Positions 1-9,352 of a stretch of DNA of 63,249 nucleotides are shown here, piece after piece; the first letter of the stretch is position 1; the number at the start of each line of letters is the position of its first letter. The DNA comes from a virus (lineage: Duplodnaviria > Caudoviricetes). The stretch spans positions 1 to 63,249 of IMG/VR virus record IMGVR_UViG_3300032050_000128, one strand, 5' to 3'. Position numbers and translations under genes: made by a program. The notes beneath the pieces were generated by a model, which searched no databases, was not told the DNA's origin, and was given only the letters and a program-made list of their open reading frames with translations.

Positions 1-675
1 GTCTATCCACTTGCTGTGCAGCTGCTCCGCACTTAGCAGTGCCTCGGTCAGGGTGACCGTTCTAGTGCTCCGCTCTAGCCAGCCCTCTGGCAACAATTCG
101 TTGTCGTCCAGTACCCTGGGGTTGTGCTGCACTAGGGCGTCGTACTCTTTGTACGCAAAGCGCTTCTCTACGTTGCTCTCGCTCCAGAGCACGCTCGCGT
201 CCAGGTGCACGTCTCGTCCTTGCTTAGCTAGCTCTCGGTAGCACGGCACTGACGGTTCAATCAGCATGCCTGGCCAGTTCCACTTCTTTTCTAGCATGTA
301 CGTCGTGCTGCTCTTGCCGGGGCCAGCGCCGGCCTCTACGAAGTAACGTGGCTTTGAGCTGCACAGCGGCAGCAGCACCTCGAGCAGCGGCTCGGGCGGC
401 TCGTAGGCTCTCGAGAAAGTCAGCGTGGTGTCGTGCAGAGTCTGGCAGTGGTCGATCAGTATGCCGATGGCCATTTGGTTTGGTCCGCCGTTTCTTCCAA
501 GACGGTCCATGCGCTCCCACGCCGCGGCGACGCGCACGTGACTCGGCGCGCCTGGCAGCTCTGGGTACAGGTGCAGACGACGCGGGTCTTGGCGCCACAG
601 TAGGTGCTTCGGGTCGCGCAGCTCGAAGACTACCGGCGCGACCTCCTCGTGGTACTTGTCTGGGTCCTCGGTCAT
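1..675 (-). CDS. FkbM-family SAM-dependent methyltransferase (3' end beyond window edge)
   Basis: Own translation from ATG at 675, open to base 1: YFVEAGAGPGKSSTTYMLEKKWNWPGMLIEPS...TVTLTEAL...WID, typical FkbM motifs. Missing from the ORF track because it is truncated. Confidence 0.8.
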   Translation of the reverse strand, partial: MTEDPDKYHEEVAPVVFELRDPKHLLWRQDPRRLHLYPELPGAPSHVRVAAAWERMDRLGRNGGPNQMAIGILIDHCQTLHDTTLTFSRAYEPPEPLLEVLLPLCSSKPRYFVEAGAGPGKSSTTYMLEKKWNWPGMLIEPSVPCYRELAKQGRDVHLDASVLWSESNVEKRFAYKEYDALVQHNPRVLDDNELLPEGWLERSTRTVTLTEALLSAEQLHSKWID

Positions 676-704
676 GGGTGAAACGCTACCGCGTTTTTGC
701 GGTG

Positions 705-1732
705 TAATGAAAAGTCCCTCCGTCCGCGCGGCCAGTCAGGTGTAGGAGGCGGCGGTGGCGGGCGAAGGGGTGCGGTGGGGCGGGCGGTACGGTGTAATGG
801 AAAGTGGGGGAGAGTGGACGGCTGGTCAGGTAGCGAGCGAGGGGGACGAGGTGGAGAGGGGAAAAAAGAGGGACCTGTGGGGAGCGGCTGGCGTACGATT
901 TGCACGTGAGCGCACAACGCACCGCTGTAGCAACACTGATACGCGGCGGAGACAAGCCAGGCGACTACCTAAACCTGTGCCAGCGAACCGACGCGCTCAG
1001 CGAGCACTGCGACATGTATAGCGTAGACAACCTGGTCTTCTACGAAAAAGGCACCGTGCCGGACGAGATGATGCGCCTCGTGCCGGAGTGCACGTTCGTG
1101 CCCATCGAGCCGTTCAGACCGGTGGCCGGGATACAGCTTCGACACGCCGGCGCGTTCAGTTGGGGTTACCGACGCATGTGCGAGTTCTGGTTCTGCGAGT
1201 TCTGGAAGTACGTACAGGACTACGACAGGCTGATACGTGTGGACGACGACTGCATAGCGCAGACCGACCTGGTCAGCGCGCTGGCCGCGCCGATGGACGG
1301 ACAGACGCTGGTGACGTACGCGATGTGGCAGCGGGACACCGGCTGGGTCACCGAGGGACTGGCAGACTGGTTCAACAGGCACGTCGAGACGCAGCGGACA
1401 GTGTGGCCGTGCGGCTGCCACGAGCCGCAGCGCTCGCAGTGCTACTGCGGAGACTACGCCGGACCGTCGTCACAGGTGCTGGGGCTGGACCTAGCGGGAC
1501 TGCGCGAGGTGCCAATTTTGCGCAAGATCATCGACGAGCTGCAGCGCAGCAACAAGATCCTAGAGAACCGCTGGGGCGACCTGCCCCTGTGGGGCGAGCT
1601 GCTGCGGCGAGAGATGCCGGACCGCCACCGCGTGGCGCCGGGAGTGGGCTACGTGCACCGGAGCTGGGGAGGCCTGCAGGTCCGCTCGTGACATAATAAA
1701 AAGTGCCGCCGGTCGGACGGCCAGTCAGGTGT
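705..1732. repeat. Three copies of TAATRRAAAGT-N13-CGGCYRGTCAGGT (starting at 705, 795, 1694)
   Basis: Same bipartite motif with identical spacing on both sides of the glycosyltransferase gene. Confidence 0.7.
900..1691 (+). CDS. GT15/KRE2-like glycosyltransferase
   Basis: GYRRMCEFW, YDRLIRVDDDC (DxD) and RWGDLP motifs; start may be GTG 906. Confidence 0.75.
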   Translation: MHVSAQRTAVATLIRGGDKPGDYLNLCQRTDALSEHCDMYSVDNLVFYEKGTVPDEMMRLVPECTFVPIEPFRPVAGIQLRHAGAFSWGYRRMCEFWFCEFWKYVQDYDRLIRVDDDCIAQTDLVSALAAPMDGQTLVTYAMWQRDTGWVTEGLADWFNRHVETQRTVWPCGCHEPQRSQCYCGDYAGPSSQVLGLDLAGLREVPILRKIIDELQRSNKILENRWGDLPLWGELLRREMPDRHRVAPGVGYVHRSWGGLQVRS

Positions 1733-1854
1733 GAGGTGCAGGCGAGGCCGGGGGAGCCTGGAAAAAAGGTGGGGAGTTGTGGGGTGTCGCGCGGTCGCCG
1801 GTCTGCATAGGTGCTATGGTGCTCGTGTGAAACGAGGAAGGGAGACTAGCTCAC

Positions 1855-1995
1855 ATGGCCATAAAGAAACCGCAGCAGGCAACTGGCAGTAACGACCGCC
1901 GTCCAAACGGAAAAGCTTGGAAGAAGTACATCTGGGTTGCTAGCGAAGGAAAAAAGCGCAAACGTCTCGTAAGAGTTAAGAACCCTAACAAGTAG
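1855..1995 (+). CDS. small basic hypothetical protein (46 aa)
   Basis: GGAG RBS; MAIKKPQQ...KNPNK; below ORF-track size cutoff. Confidence 0.55.
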   Translation: MAIKKPQQATGSNDRRPNGKAWKKYIWVASEGKKRKRLVRVKNPNK

Positions 1996-1997
1996 CG

Positions 1998-2177
1998 ATG
2001 AGCAATGTTTGTGTCTGTGACCAGTCCAGGTTATTTCCCCGCTGTGATCGTTGTACGGACTACTGCACAAAGCTGAGACAAGACAGCGACATAGACTGGA
2101 AAAAGCAGAACGAAATGCGTAAAAAATGGCTAAAGGACAACCCAAACGCGAAGTATGAAGGGTGGATGTCAATATGA
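1998..2177 (+). CDS. Cys-rich hypothetical protein (59 aa)
   Basis: MSNVCVCD...CDRCTDYC; packed tightly between neighbours. Confidence 0.55.
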   Translation: MSNVCVCDQSRLFPRCDRCTDYCTKLRQDSDIDWKKQNEMRKKWLKDNPNAKYEGWMSI

Positions 2178-2255
2178 TCAGCACCGCCGAGGCAGTCTTT
2201 ATAGCGGTGCACGGCACTGTCACGCTCGTAGTCTGCATGTATATCTGGAGAAAAT

Positions 2256-2597
2256 ATGGAAAATAACACCAAAACAATTATTTGTCTAGACTTAGACACG
2301 GCGCTCTTTGAGCTGCTGGTGCTGAAGAACACAGACAAGGCGGTGCTAGTAGACTTCTGGGCACCGTGGTGTGCTCCCTGCGTGGCGATGGGTCCGATAC
2401 TGGACGAGATAGCTACGGAGCAACACGAAGCCCTAGACGTGTACAAGGTCAATGTCGACGAAGAGCCACTAATTGCGATAAAGTACAGCATAGCTTCAAT
2501 ACCCACTGCGGTGTTGTTTGTAGACGGAAAGCCGGTAAAAATTATGACAGGTGCGCGAAGCAAGCGAGCGCTGCTAGCAGAATTGTATCTAGACTGA
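2256..2597 (+). CDS. trxA: thioredoxin
   Basis: VLVDFWAPWCAPC active site, KVNVDE, SIPT. Confidence 0.93.
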   Translation: MENNTKTIICLDLDTALFELLVLKNTDKAVLVDFWAPWCAPCVAMGPILDEIATEQHEALDVYKVNVDEEPLIAIKYSIASIPTAVLFVDGKPVKIMTGARSKRALLAELYLD

Positions 2598-2896
2598 TGG
2601 GCAACCTAGGCGAAGAGCTAGAAGAGACTCCGGAGGCGCAGGCTGCTACCGACTTGCCAGAAGAAAACTTTGAAAAAGTAGAGCTGACGCAAGAGCAGTT
2701 GAAAGAAATGTTTATACAGCAAGACCCCGAGGCCTGGGAGACTGCGCAGCTAAAAATGCGCTACCTAGACGCACTCGGCAGAAAAATGTCTGGCCAGCGA
2801 CGTGCGGTTACACAGTCCGGGCAGGCGCGTCAAGTCATCTCTAGCAACTCTAGGGCAGCAAGACGCATGTTCAAGAGAAAGTCAGGTAAAGACTAA
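2597..2896 (+). CDS. hypothetical protein
   Basis: ATG overlaps the trx stop (TGATG); 3' part of track ORF 2366..2896. Confidence 0.7.
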   Translation: MGNLGEELEETPEAQAATDLPEENFEKVELTQEQLKEMFIQQDPEAWETAQLKMRYLDALGRKMSGQRRAVTQSGQARQVISSNSRAARRMFKRKSGKD

Positions 2897-3300
2897 TGCT
2901 GCAACACAAACATGTTTTAATCAACGCGCTAGTAGACAGTCCGCTGCAGACTGAAAACGAAGCTAAGGCGTTCTTAGAAAACCTAGTCGAGAGTATCGAC
3001 ATGAAGATTATCGCCGGGCCGTTTGCCAGCTACGTAGAAGCACCGGGCAACAGGGGTCTCACCGCGATAGTTATGATCGAAACCAGTCACATTGCTTTTC
3101 ACATCTGGGACGAAAAAAATCCAGCCGTGCTGCAGTTTGACCTGTACACCTGCGGAGAGCTGAACGTTGAGCTAGTGCTAGAGACCATCAAGCGTCAGTT
3201 TGACGTAGTTTCAATGGACTATCGCTTGTACGACAGAGAGACGGGCTTTGTTTTAGAAAAAGAGGGAAGCTACACGAGAGAGGAAACGTCAGATGAGTAG
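2896..3300 (+). CDS. speD: S-adenosylmethionine decarboxylase proenzyme
   Basis: GLTAIVMIETSHIAFHIW self-cleavage/pyruvoyl motif and DLYTCG. Confidence 0.88.
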   Translation: MLQHKHVLINALVDSPLQTENEAKAFLENLVESIDMKIIAGPFASYVEAPGNRGLTAIVMIETSHIAFHIWDEKNPAVLQFDLYTCGELNVELVLETIKRQFDVVSMDYRLYDRETGFVLEKEGSYTREETSDE

Positions 3301-3451
3301 AAGCAAAGAGTACCGTTTTGGAGAGTTTTGGTTTTACTTTGGCTTCAGTAAGCGATTTGGACTGGGCTTTAGTATTGACAAGTTTTCGATAAACATAGAC
3401 TTTATATGTTTCTGGGCAGCACTAGAGCTGCCTGCGTTTGACAAGAAATAA
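3293..3451 (+). CDS. Phe-rich hypothetical protein (52 aa)
   Basis: Own translation MSRSKEYRFGEFWFYFGF...; fills the operon gap. Confidence 0.5.
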   Translation: MSRSKEYRFGEFWFYFGFSKRFGLGFSIDKFSINIDFICFWAALELPAFDKK

Positions 3452-3454
3452 ACC

Positions 3455-3655
3455 GTGGAAAAAACGGTAGCAATACGCATGAAAGAGCTGTGCGAAGAGA
3501 TTGCACAAGAGGCCGAAAGTCTTGGCTACGACAGTCTAGCAGAAAAGATCCGTAACTGGAAAGTTATTCCTCCGGAGTCACAGAGCCTAGCGACAAACAT
3601 GTTCATAGAGAACGTCTGCTGTCAAAGCGGCTGTAGCTGCAGTCCTAACGCCTAA
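3455..3655 (+). CDS. hypothetical protein
   Basis: ORF track; last gene of the + operon. Confidence 0.6.
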   Translation: MEKTVAIRMKELCEEIAQEAESLGYDSLAEKIRNWKVIPPESQSLATNMFIENVCCQSGCSCSPNA

Positions 3656-3980
3656 ACCGTCTGTTCATCGCTCGCTGGCGCTCTTTCTCGGTGAGACCGC
3701 CCCAGATGCCGTACACCTCTACGTTTTCTAACGCAAACTGTGCACAGACGGCCAACACCGGGCAAGAGGCACAGACCTTCTTTGCGGCGACTTCTCTGCG
3801 CTTTCTAGCAGCACCGCGCTCGGAGTCTGGGTAGTAAAACAGCTCGGGATCAACTTTTCTGCACGCTGCTTGATTCTGCCACTCGTAGTTTTCTTGCAGG
3901 GGAGCAGTGTAGCCAGGCGCACCCATCATGCGATTGAGTACTTCTCTCGGTAGTTTTCTAGCGTCTTGTACCGTGCTCAT
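3645..3980 (-). CDS. whiB: WhiB-family Fe-S transcription factor
   Basis: WQNQAAC..DPELFY, AKKVCASCPVLAVC, GIWGGLTEKER. Confidence 0.96.
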   Translation of the reverse strand: MSTVQDARKLPREVLNRMMGAPGYTAPLQENYEWQNQAACRKVDPELFYYPDSERGAARKRREVAAKKVCASCPVLAVCAQFALENVEVYGIWGGLTEKERQRAMNRRFRR

Positions 3981-4219
3981 GCCGAGTCTGCTAGCTTTTC
4001 TGCCAACGCCGCGATCTTGTCTGGTCTAAAGCCAGACCAGTGCATAGTGCCATTTGTCACGACGGGAGCCGATTGGTATTTCAACGACTTAACCAGGTCG
4101 TACGCCTCTTGGCTTGTACTTATATCTACGGTGTCAAACTCTATGCCGTACTTGTCTAGGTACTTCTTGGTCGCGTTGCACTGAGGACAGTCTGGCATTG
4201 TGTATAGAACAGTTTTCAT
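3977..4219 (-). CDS. nrdH: glutaredoxin-like protein NrdH
   Basis: YTMPDCPQCNATK, APVV, HWSGFRPDKI. Confidence 0.95.
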   Translation of the reverse strand: MKTVLYTMPDCPQCNATKKYLDKYGIEFDTVDISTSQEAYDLVKSLKYQSAPVVTNGTMHWSGFRPDKIAALAEKLADSA

Positions 4220-6252
4220 GAGTTTTCCTTTATGAGCTTGATCTCGCAGGCGTCGGTGGTGCAGTAGGCTTCTCCGATTGCGTCGGCCGCCATTCCGGCA
4301 TAGACACCGGCAAAGTCTATCGGAAAAAGCTTTTTAGTCGCTTCTTCGTACTCTTCCTCAGTAATCTGTGTGTACGGCATCTGCGGGTACACAAAGTTAC
4401 CTGAAGGCAAGAAACTGACGGTCTTTAGCTGACCGTCGTACATGTGCAGCACTGTGCCAACGTGCTTTGCTTCCGTCTCTGGGTCAAAAGAAACCGTAAC
4501 AGACACGGAGTTGTCTGACCAGTAACGCTGTGCTGTCGCAGCTAAGGCCATCTTTTCAAAGATAGTTACGTCCTTCTCGGCCCTGCGAGCTAGAGACTTC
4601 ACTGGAAAAAACACCACGGAAGTTGCGTCTGGCGACTCTGAAGCTGGCTCTACTTTGTAGTTTGCCATCACAAACAGCGGCAACATCGGGTCTGAGTTGG
4701 CAAAACGAATTGCGCGGAGAAAGAAAGTACCGCCCGGTGTCCAGTGCACTCCTGGTGACTCGCCCGCAAGAATCGAGACTGTGCCAGACGGTTTGACGGT
4801 GGTAGTCTTGATTGACTCACGTACGCCGAGCCACTCCGAGTAGCTGTTGTCGTATTCCTTGATAACCTGGTACCCGCTGTCCATCCACTCGCGAAGAATT
4901 GGTAGTCCGTGTATGTCTGCAAAGTTTGCTACGCCGGACATAGAAGTGCCGATGCGACGGTTGCGCTGCATGATGGCGTTGGTCTCTTCCCAGTGGGTAG
5001 GAAGCAGTGTCACAGTCTTGGCGTATAGGTAGGCAAACTTAAGAGTACGCTTGTAGTCTTCGAGCGAGTCATGACGATTTAAGTAGGTCTCAACCAAGGT
5101 GCAGCACTCATAAGACTCTAGGCTCTGCTCAGCGCACGGGTTGTAGCCAGAGATGCGCCAGTCCTTGTTGTTCTCCGGGTCTGCCAAACGACCGTACTTC
5201 TTAGACACGTCCATCCAAAGTACGCCTGGTTCTCCGTTTAGCGCAATGCCTGAGACAATTTTGTCTAGGTCAGCGCCAACAGAAACGGCCACAGAGTTGT
5301 TCGACATCCAAGCCCAGCCTGGACTCTTAGCGTCGTAGGAGTTGCGCTCTGGAAACACCTCTGCGTTCTTTAGGTCTAAAAACTCTTGGTCGTCAATACT
5401 GCCGATGAGTAGCTCTGCAGAGCGTCTTACGTTTCCAGAAACTACGCACACACCGATTAAATTACCAATGTCTGCTATGTCTTTACGAGTTAAAAGTTCT
5501 CCAGCTCGGTTGGTAAACATATTTGTAATGTAGTTGTGCAGCCGCTCGAGCGAGGCGTGACCCGCCGCGGTTCCACCAAACGTCTTAATAGGAGTACCGG
5601 CAGGACGAACTAAACTATAGTCAAACTTGTACTTAAGTTGGTTTTGTTTTAGGTACGAGTTGATCAACAGTACTACTGACTCTACCCAGCCCTCTCTGCT
5701 GTCTTGCACTTGGTGCACTACTTCTTCGCCTGGAGCGTAGATGGTAAAAGACTTCTCTGCTCCTCTGTTATCAAAGCCTACGCCGACGCCGAGCATGCTT
5801 GCTTCCATGAGAAATCCAAACGGTTTGCCTGGATTGTTCTTAGTCATCTCTAGAGTAGAAACAAAGGCGCAATTCTGCAGCGCTGCTGAGTTACGGTGCT
5901 CATTTACAAGAGGAGTTCCCATCACCCACAGGCCGCGACCGGGCGGTGTCCACTTGAGGTTAAACAGACGATCAAAAGCTTCTCTGGCAGACGCCTGTGC
6001 CTTTGCGTCGTTCCATGGAAGACGCTGGCTCTTGCAGTGGTCTTTTTGTATTGAATACATGCCATTAACAACACGTTCGCAGACTTCGCTCCACGTTTCT
6101 TTTTTACCGTCTTCTTTTAGTCTAGAGTATGTACGAAGAAAAGTAATCTCTCCAACAGAGTTGCCGGCAGCGTCTGCGTAGCCAAACGGTGACTTTTTAT
6201 CTGTGTAAGGAGCTACAAAATCTTCAGCTAGACGAAAAGAAAACATAGTCAT
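4216..6252 (-). CDS. nrdJ: class II (B12-dependent) ribonucleoside-triphosphate reductase
   Basis: PPGRGLW, LQNCAF, GNVRRSA, NPCAEQ, TVKPSGT, C-terminal CxxxxC. Confidence 0.95.
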   Translation of the reverse strand: MTMFSFRLAEDFVAPYTDKKSPFGYADAAGNSVGEITFLRTYSRLKEDGKKETWSEVCERVVNGMYSIQKDHCKSQRLPWNDAKAQASAREAFDRLFNLKWTPPGRGLWVMGTPLVNEHRNSAALQNCAFVSTLEMTKNNPGKPFGFLMEASMLGVGVGFDNRGAEKSFTIYAPGEEVVHQVQDSREGWVESVVLLINSYLKQNQLKYKFDYSLVRPAGTPIKTFGGTAAGHASLERLHNYITNMFTNRAGELLTRKDIADIGNLIGVCVVSGNVRRSAELLIGSIDDQEFLDLKNAEVFPERNSYDAKSPGWAWMSNNSVAVSVGADLDKIVSGIALNGEPGVLWMDVSKKYGRLADPENNKDWRISGYNPCAEQSLESYECCTLVETYLNRHDSLEDYKRTLKFAYLYAKTVTLLPTHWEETNAIMQRNRRIGTSMSGVANFADIHGLPILREWMDSGYQVIKEYDNSYSEWLGVRESIKTTTVKPSGTVSILAGESPGVHWTPGGTFFLRAIRFANSDPMLPLFVMANYKVEPASESPDATSVVFFPVKSLARRAEKDVTIFEKMALAATAQRYWSDNSVSVTVSFDPETEAKHVGTVLHMYDGQLKTVSFLPSGNFVYPQMPYTQITEEEYEEATKKLFPIDFAGVYAGMAADAIGEAYCTTDACEIKLIKENS

Positions 6253-6379
6253 AGTGCATACTCCTACTTTTGTGTGTTAGTTAATTAAACTATTGCAACT
6301 ATTTTTAGCATAATACAGATGGCTAAAATGTGCATGGACGTACTCTATCAAAGTATTTAGTGTGCTAAAAACAATCTGA

Positions 6380-6775
6380 TTACACCGGCCAGCTGTCTTC
6401 TTTATCTTCTTCTGACATGCGATCCCAGACGACGTCCACCGCGTCGCTAAACTCAGCGTCTTCGTACCTAGCAACCCTGTCTGCCATCTCTTCTAATATA
6501 GACAAGCGCTCCCGTAATTGTCCATCGGAAAAGCCCGCGGCGTACGCGTCTTCCTCTGTTCCGTATATTGGACATTCATCTGTCTGTAACCAGTTTATCG
6601 GCTTTGCCGATAAAGCTTCAACCCAACGTTCACCGTTCCAGGTGTACGTACGTGCAAACTTATCACCGAAGACAGGAGGGATGCTGACATCAACCGTACC
6701 AGGCGGTGTTGTTTCTTCCGCGCCGTGAACCGTGACGGTAGTAGTTATTTTTGTCTTTGGTAGGCCAGAACTCAT
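6380..6775 (-). CDS. hypothetical protein
   Basis: ORF track; overlaps the stop of the upstream gene. Confidence 0.65.
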   Translation of the reverse strand: MSSGLPKTKITTTVTVHGAEETTPPGTVDVSIPPVFGDKFARTYTWNGERWVEALSAKPINWLQTDECPIYGTEEDAYAAGFSDGQLRERLSILEEMADRVARYEDAEFSDAVDVVWDRMSEEDKEDSWPV

Positions 6776-6984
6776 GAAAGCGGACCGCCAACTAGCACAC
6801 CGTCCTCACCGAGGCCAAGAAGCACAACTTGCTCTGCAACTAAGAGAGCAGCCAAGTACTGTGGGTCCATTTTTCTAAGTCCGGCTACCTCTGCGTACGT
6901 ACGTACGTCTGCCGCAATCTTTTCTCGCAACGCAGATTCAATTTCTATTCGACGTTGAAACTCGTTAGTCCAGTCTTGCTCCAT
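6772..6984 (-). CDS. hypothetical protein, probably leaderless
   Basis: TGcTAAACT extended -10 lies a few nt before the ATG on the minus strand. Confidence 0.65.
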   Translation of the reverse strand: MEQDWTNEFQRRIEIESALREKIAADVRTYAEVAGLRKMDPQYLAALLVAEQVVLLGLGEDGVLVGGPLS

Positions 6985-7010
6985 AGGTAGAGTTTAGCAC
7001 AACTGAGTGG

Positions 7011-7083
7011 GTTATCGTCGCAGGTACGCTGGTGCTTCTAGTTTTTAACGTGTGGGGACGTTTACTAGTCCTGCGACGACAAC
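7011..7083 (-). other. intergenic long stem-loop (terminator or small RNA)
   Basis: TCGTCGCAGG pairs with CCTGCGACGA; inner CTAGT/ACTAG and AACGT/ACGTT arms. Confidence 0.5.
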
Positions 7084-7085
7084 AT

Positions 7086-7334
7086 TTAGTTGAGCGGAAA
7101 GACCTTGTCTTTCGAGCCCAGTTCTTTTATCTTGCTGAATACCGCCAGGTACATCAAACTGTTTACGACGGCCATCACTAAAAACCCCCACTGGTGTGAC
7201 TGGTAGGCGTACAACGCCCACAACGTCTGGTGCACCGTCATAGTTACCCAGGCGCGACGAGGCAGTGAGCTCACGCTAAACAGAGAGACCAAAAAGGTAA
7301 CAAGTAGCACCCACGACCAGGTTGCATCAATCAC
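7086..7334 (-). CDS. small membrane protein, PnuC-like
   Basis: Three hydrophobic helices; WSWVL...LWALYA..QWGF pattern. Confidence 0.55.
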   Translation of the reverse strand: MIDATWSWVLLVTFLVSLFSVSSLPRRAWVTMTVHQTLWALYAYQSHQWGFLVMAVVNSLMYLAVFSKIKELGSKDKVFPLN

Positions 7335-7615
7335 AATGGAACCTCTATCGGTTCTTTTGCCGGCAACAGCGAACTCGCGTACGTGAATAAGTCTGACTTA
7401 AGTGTTGGACCGTAGTTAGCTTCCAGCTTCTCGATCGCGATTAACACGTCCGTGACCATGTCGCACATGAGACGGACCTGAGAGGTATTGTCCTCTAGGT
7501 TCCAGTCTTTCTCGTCTGGGGTGTCTTCTGGCGTGCCGAACCCCAACTCTGCCATGATCGTGCTGGCGACGCTGAGCACCGAGAGGTTGACGTCTGGTAT
7601 TGGAGGTATCTCCAT
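7331..7615 (-). CDS. hypothetical protein
   Basis: ORF track; operon packing. Confidence 0.65.
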   Translation of the reverse strand: MEIPPIPDVNLSVLSVASTIMAELGFGTPEDTPDEKDWNLEDNTSQVRLMCDMVTDVLIAIEKLEANYGPTLKSDLFTYASSLLPAKEPIEVPL

Positions 7616-7619
7616 CTGA

Positions 7620-7787
7620 CTACTTCTTCTTTGTCTTCTTCTTTGCTTTTTTCACGGCCGCTGAAACTGCAAGCGCCGTCACGGCGTTAATCTGCCTAGC
7701 TTTCTTCTTCTTATTGCGTTGATCGTTAACAACGTATGCAACAGCAATTACCGCAAGCGCGGCTATCACAATAATCAGGTTGTCCAC
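7620..7787 (-). CDS. small single-pass membrane protein (55 aa)
   Basis: Own translation VDNLIIVIAALAVIAVAYVV followed by a basic tail. Confidence 0.55.
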   Translation of the reverse strand: MDNLIIVIAALAVIAVAYVVNDQRNKKKKARQINAVTALAVSAAVKKAKKKTKKK

Positions 7788-7889
7788 TGTCGTCTCTTTC
7801 TAGTAGTTTTAAGGGTGCAGCTTACACGGCTACACTAGCACAAACCTGCCCTCGGAGGGCACAGACACACCTAGACGCCGTAAAAGCAG

Positions 7890-7928
7890 AACGGCGGTCT
7901 TCCCAGTGCAGACTGGAAAAACCGCCGT
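7890..7928 (-). terminator. intrinsic terminator after the surface-protein gene
   Basis: ACGGCGGT..CCAGT / ACTGG..ACCGCCGT stem, followed by TCTGCTTTT on the minus strand. Confidence 0.7.
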
Positions 7929-7942
7929 GTTTACTGCTGTTA

Positions 7943-8968
7943 CTAGCTAAGCAGTGCTACCTTTAGCTTAGGAAACTTCTTGTTCCACTTCTTGGCTAGA
8001 GCGTTGAACTTGGCCTTCAGGTCAGCGATTGCCTTGTCTGAAGAAGCCTTAGCAGTGGCCGTGGCGGAATCAGCTGCTGCCTTGTCGGCCGCACGTCCTG
8101 CCTTCTCAGCTGCTAGCGCAGCCTTCTCGGTCGCAAGCGCTGCATTCAGGGAAGCGATTGTCGCGTCCTTGGCTGCAAGCTCTGCTCCCATGTCGCGGGT
8201 AACGATCGTACCGACTACTGCACCGACTGGTGCTGCCAGCCCGGTCACCGCAGCCGCTACCGTAGCGGTCGCAACGACGGTCACAGTTCCAGCAGCAGGC
8301 ATTGTGATTACCTGCTCCTTGGTGCCGAAAGTCGCCGTGGCGGAGTCAGTGGTCAGGGTGGTCGACGTAGCCGCACCGTTCATGGAGACAAGCGTGCTGA
8401 TTGCAGCTCCGCTCTTTAGGTTGCCGAACACATCGTATCCAGCCACCTTGACAACCTGAGAGGTACCGGCTGCTGCTGACGCAGGGACGGTTAGAGTAAT
8501 TGAGTTTAGTGCACCGGCAGTACCTTGAACGTAGTAGACGGTGGTTGTGCCGGCGCGAGTGATGGACACTGAGCCAACAGCCGTACTCTTCGTGTAAACG
8601 TAGAAGTCAGCTGCAGTTCCTGTTCCGGTCGCGATAGACAAGCTGGCAGTTCCAGAAGAAGCGGTTACCGCTGCTGCAGTAGTTGCAAGTGCTGAAACAA
8701 TAGTTGCATTTACAGCCACGGCTGAAACTACAGTGCCGGTGTCAACACCGGTTACTGAGATCTTAAGCGCGTCCGCAGCGTCAATACTATTGTCTGCAGG
8801 GACTGGTAGTGCAACAGGTGTGGTGACAACGGTGCCTCCGGTTGCAGCAGAACCTGCTACAGTCAGAGTTACAGTACCGGCATTAGCCTTTGCCGCCGTA
8901 GGCAGCAAAACTGTGCTAGCCAGTGCAAGTGCAAAGGCAAGCGACATCTTTTTAGATTTTATTAGCAT
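7943..8968 (-). CDS. Ala/Thr-rich secreted surface (S-layer-like) protein
   Basis: Signal peptide, beta-rich body with DVFGN motif, coiled coil and basic tail LKAKFNALAKKWNKKFPKLKVALL. Confidence 0.75.
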   Translation of the reverse strand: MLIKSKKMSLAFALALASTVLLPTAAKANAGTVTLTVAGSAATGGTVVTTPVALPVPADNSIDAADALKISVTGVDTGTVVSAVAVNATIVSALATTAAAVTASSGTASLSIATGTGTAADFYVYTKSTAVGSVSITRAGTTTVYYVQGTAGALNSITLTVPASAAAGTSQVVKVAGYDVFGNLKSGAAISTLVSMNGAATSTTLTTDSATATFGTKEQVITMPAAGTVTVVATATVAAAVTGLAAPVGAVVGTIVTRDMGAELAAKDATIASLNAALATEKAALAAEKAGRAADKAAADSATATAKASSDKAIADLKAKFNALAKKWNKKFPKLKVALLS

Positions 8969-9094
8969 TATGTCAGTATTCCTTTTTCTTATTTGTAGTT
9001 AAAATAGGCATTAGGAACAGAGCTCTTCGCTCCTACTGCCTTTGGTCGTTATATTGTAAAGTACTAACTTTAGGTTTATACTTAGTATTTGCTA

Positions 9095-9340
9095 CTAGTC
9101 GAGCATGTCCTCTATGTTTGGAACTTCAGCTCCTGGACTGTCTAGATTAAGTATTTTGTCCATCTCGGCCTTGTCGTAGCTCTCCATCTCACCCATGGCG
9201 ACGCAGTAGGTCACGTGCGCGTTCAGCGCCTGTGACTTCATCTGGCGCATAAACATGTCAATTACATCTGGGGTTGGGTCTATGTCCGAGTCAAAGTTGA
9301 TCTCTATCTCACCGATACTGAAGCTAAGATGAAAAGCCAC
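9095..9340 (-). CDS. hypothetical protein
   Basis: GAGGAG RBS before GTG. Confidence 0.7.
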   Translation of the reverse strand: MAFHLSFSIGEIEINFDSDIDPTPDVIDMFMRQMKSQALNAHVTYCVAMGEMESYDKAEMDKILNLDSPGAEVPNIEDMLD

Positions 9341-9352
9341 GTATGCTCCTCG

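Noticed and set aside
11-1021. Track ORFs 11..241, 257..598, 348..707, 672..917, 686..955, 697..909 and 755..1021
   Set aside because: They overlap the FkbM frame or G-rich non-coding DNA and have no protein-like content.
6348-6363. NrdR box upstream of nrdJ
   Set aside because: A single partial match in AT-rich DNA with no clear tandem second box.
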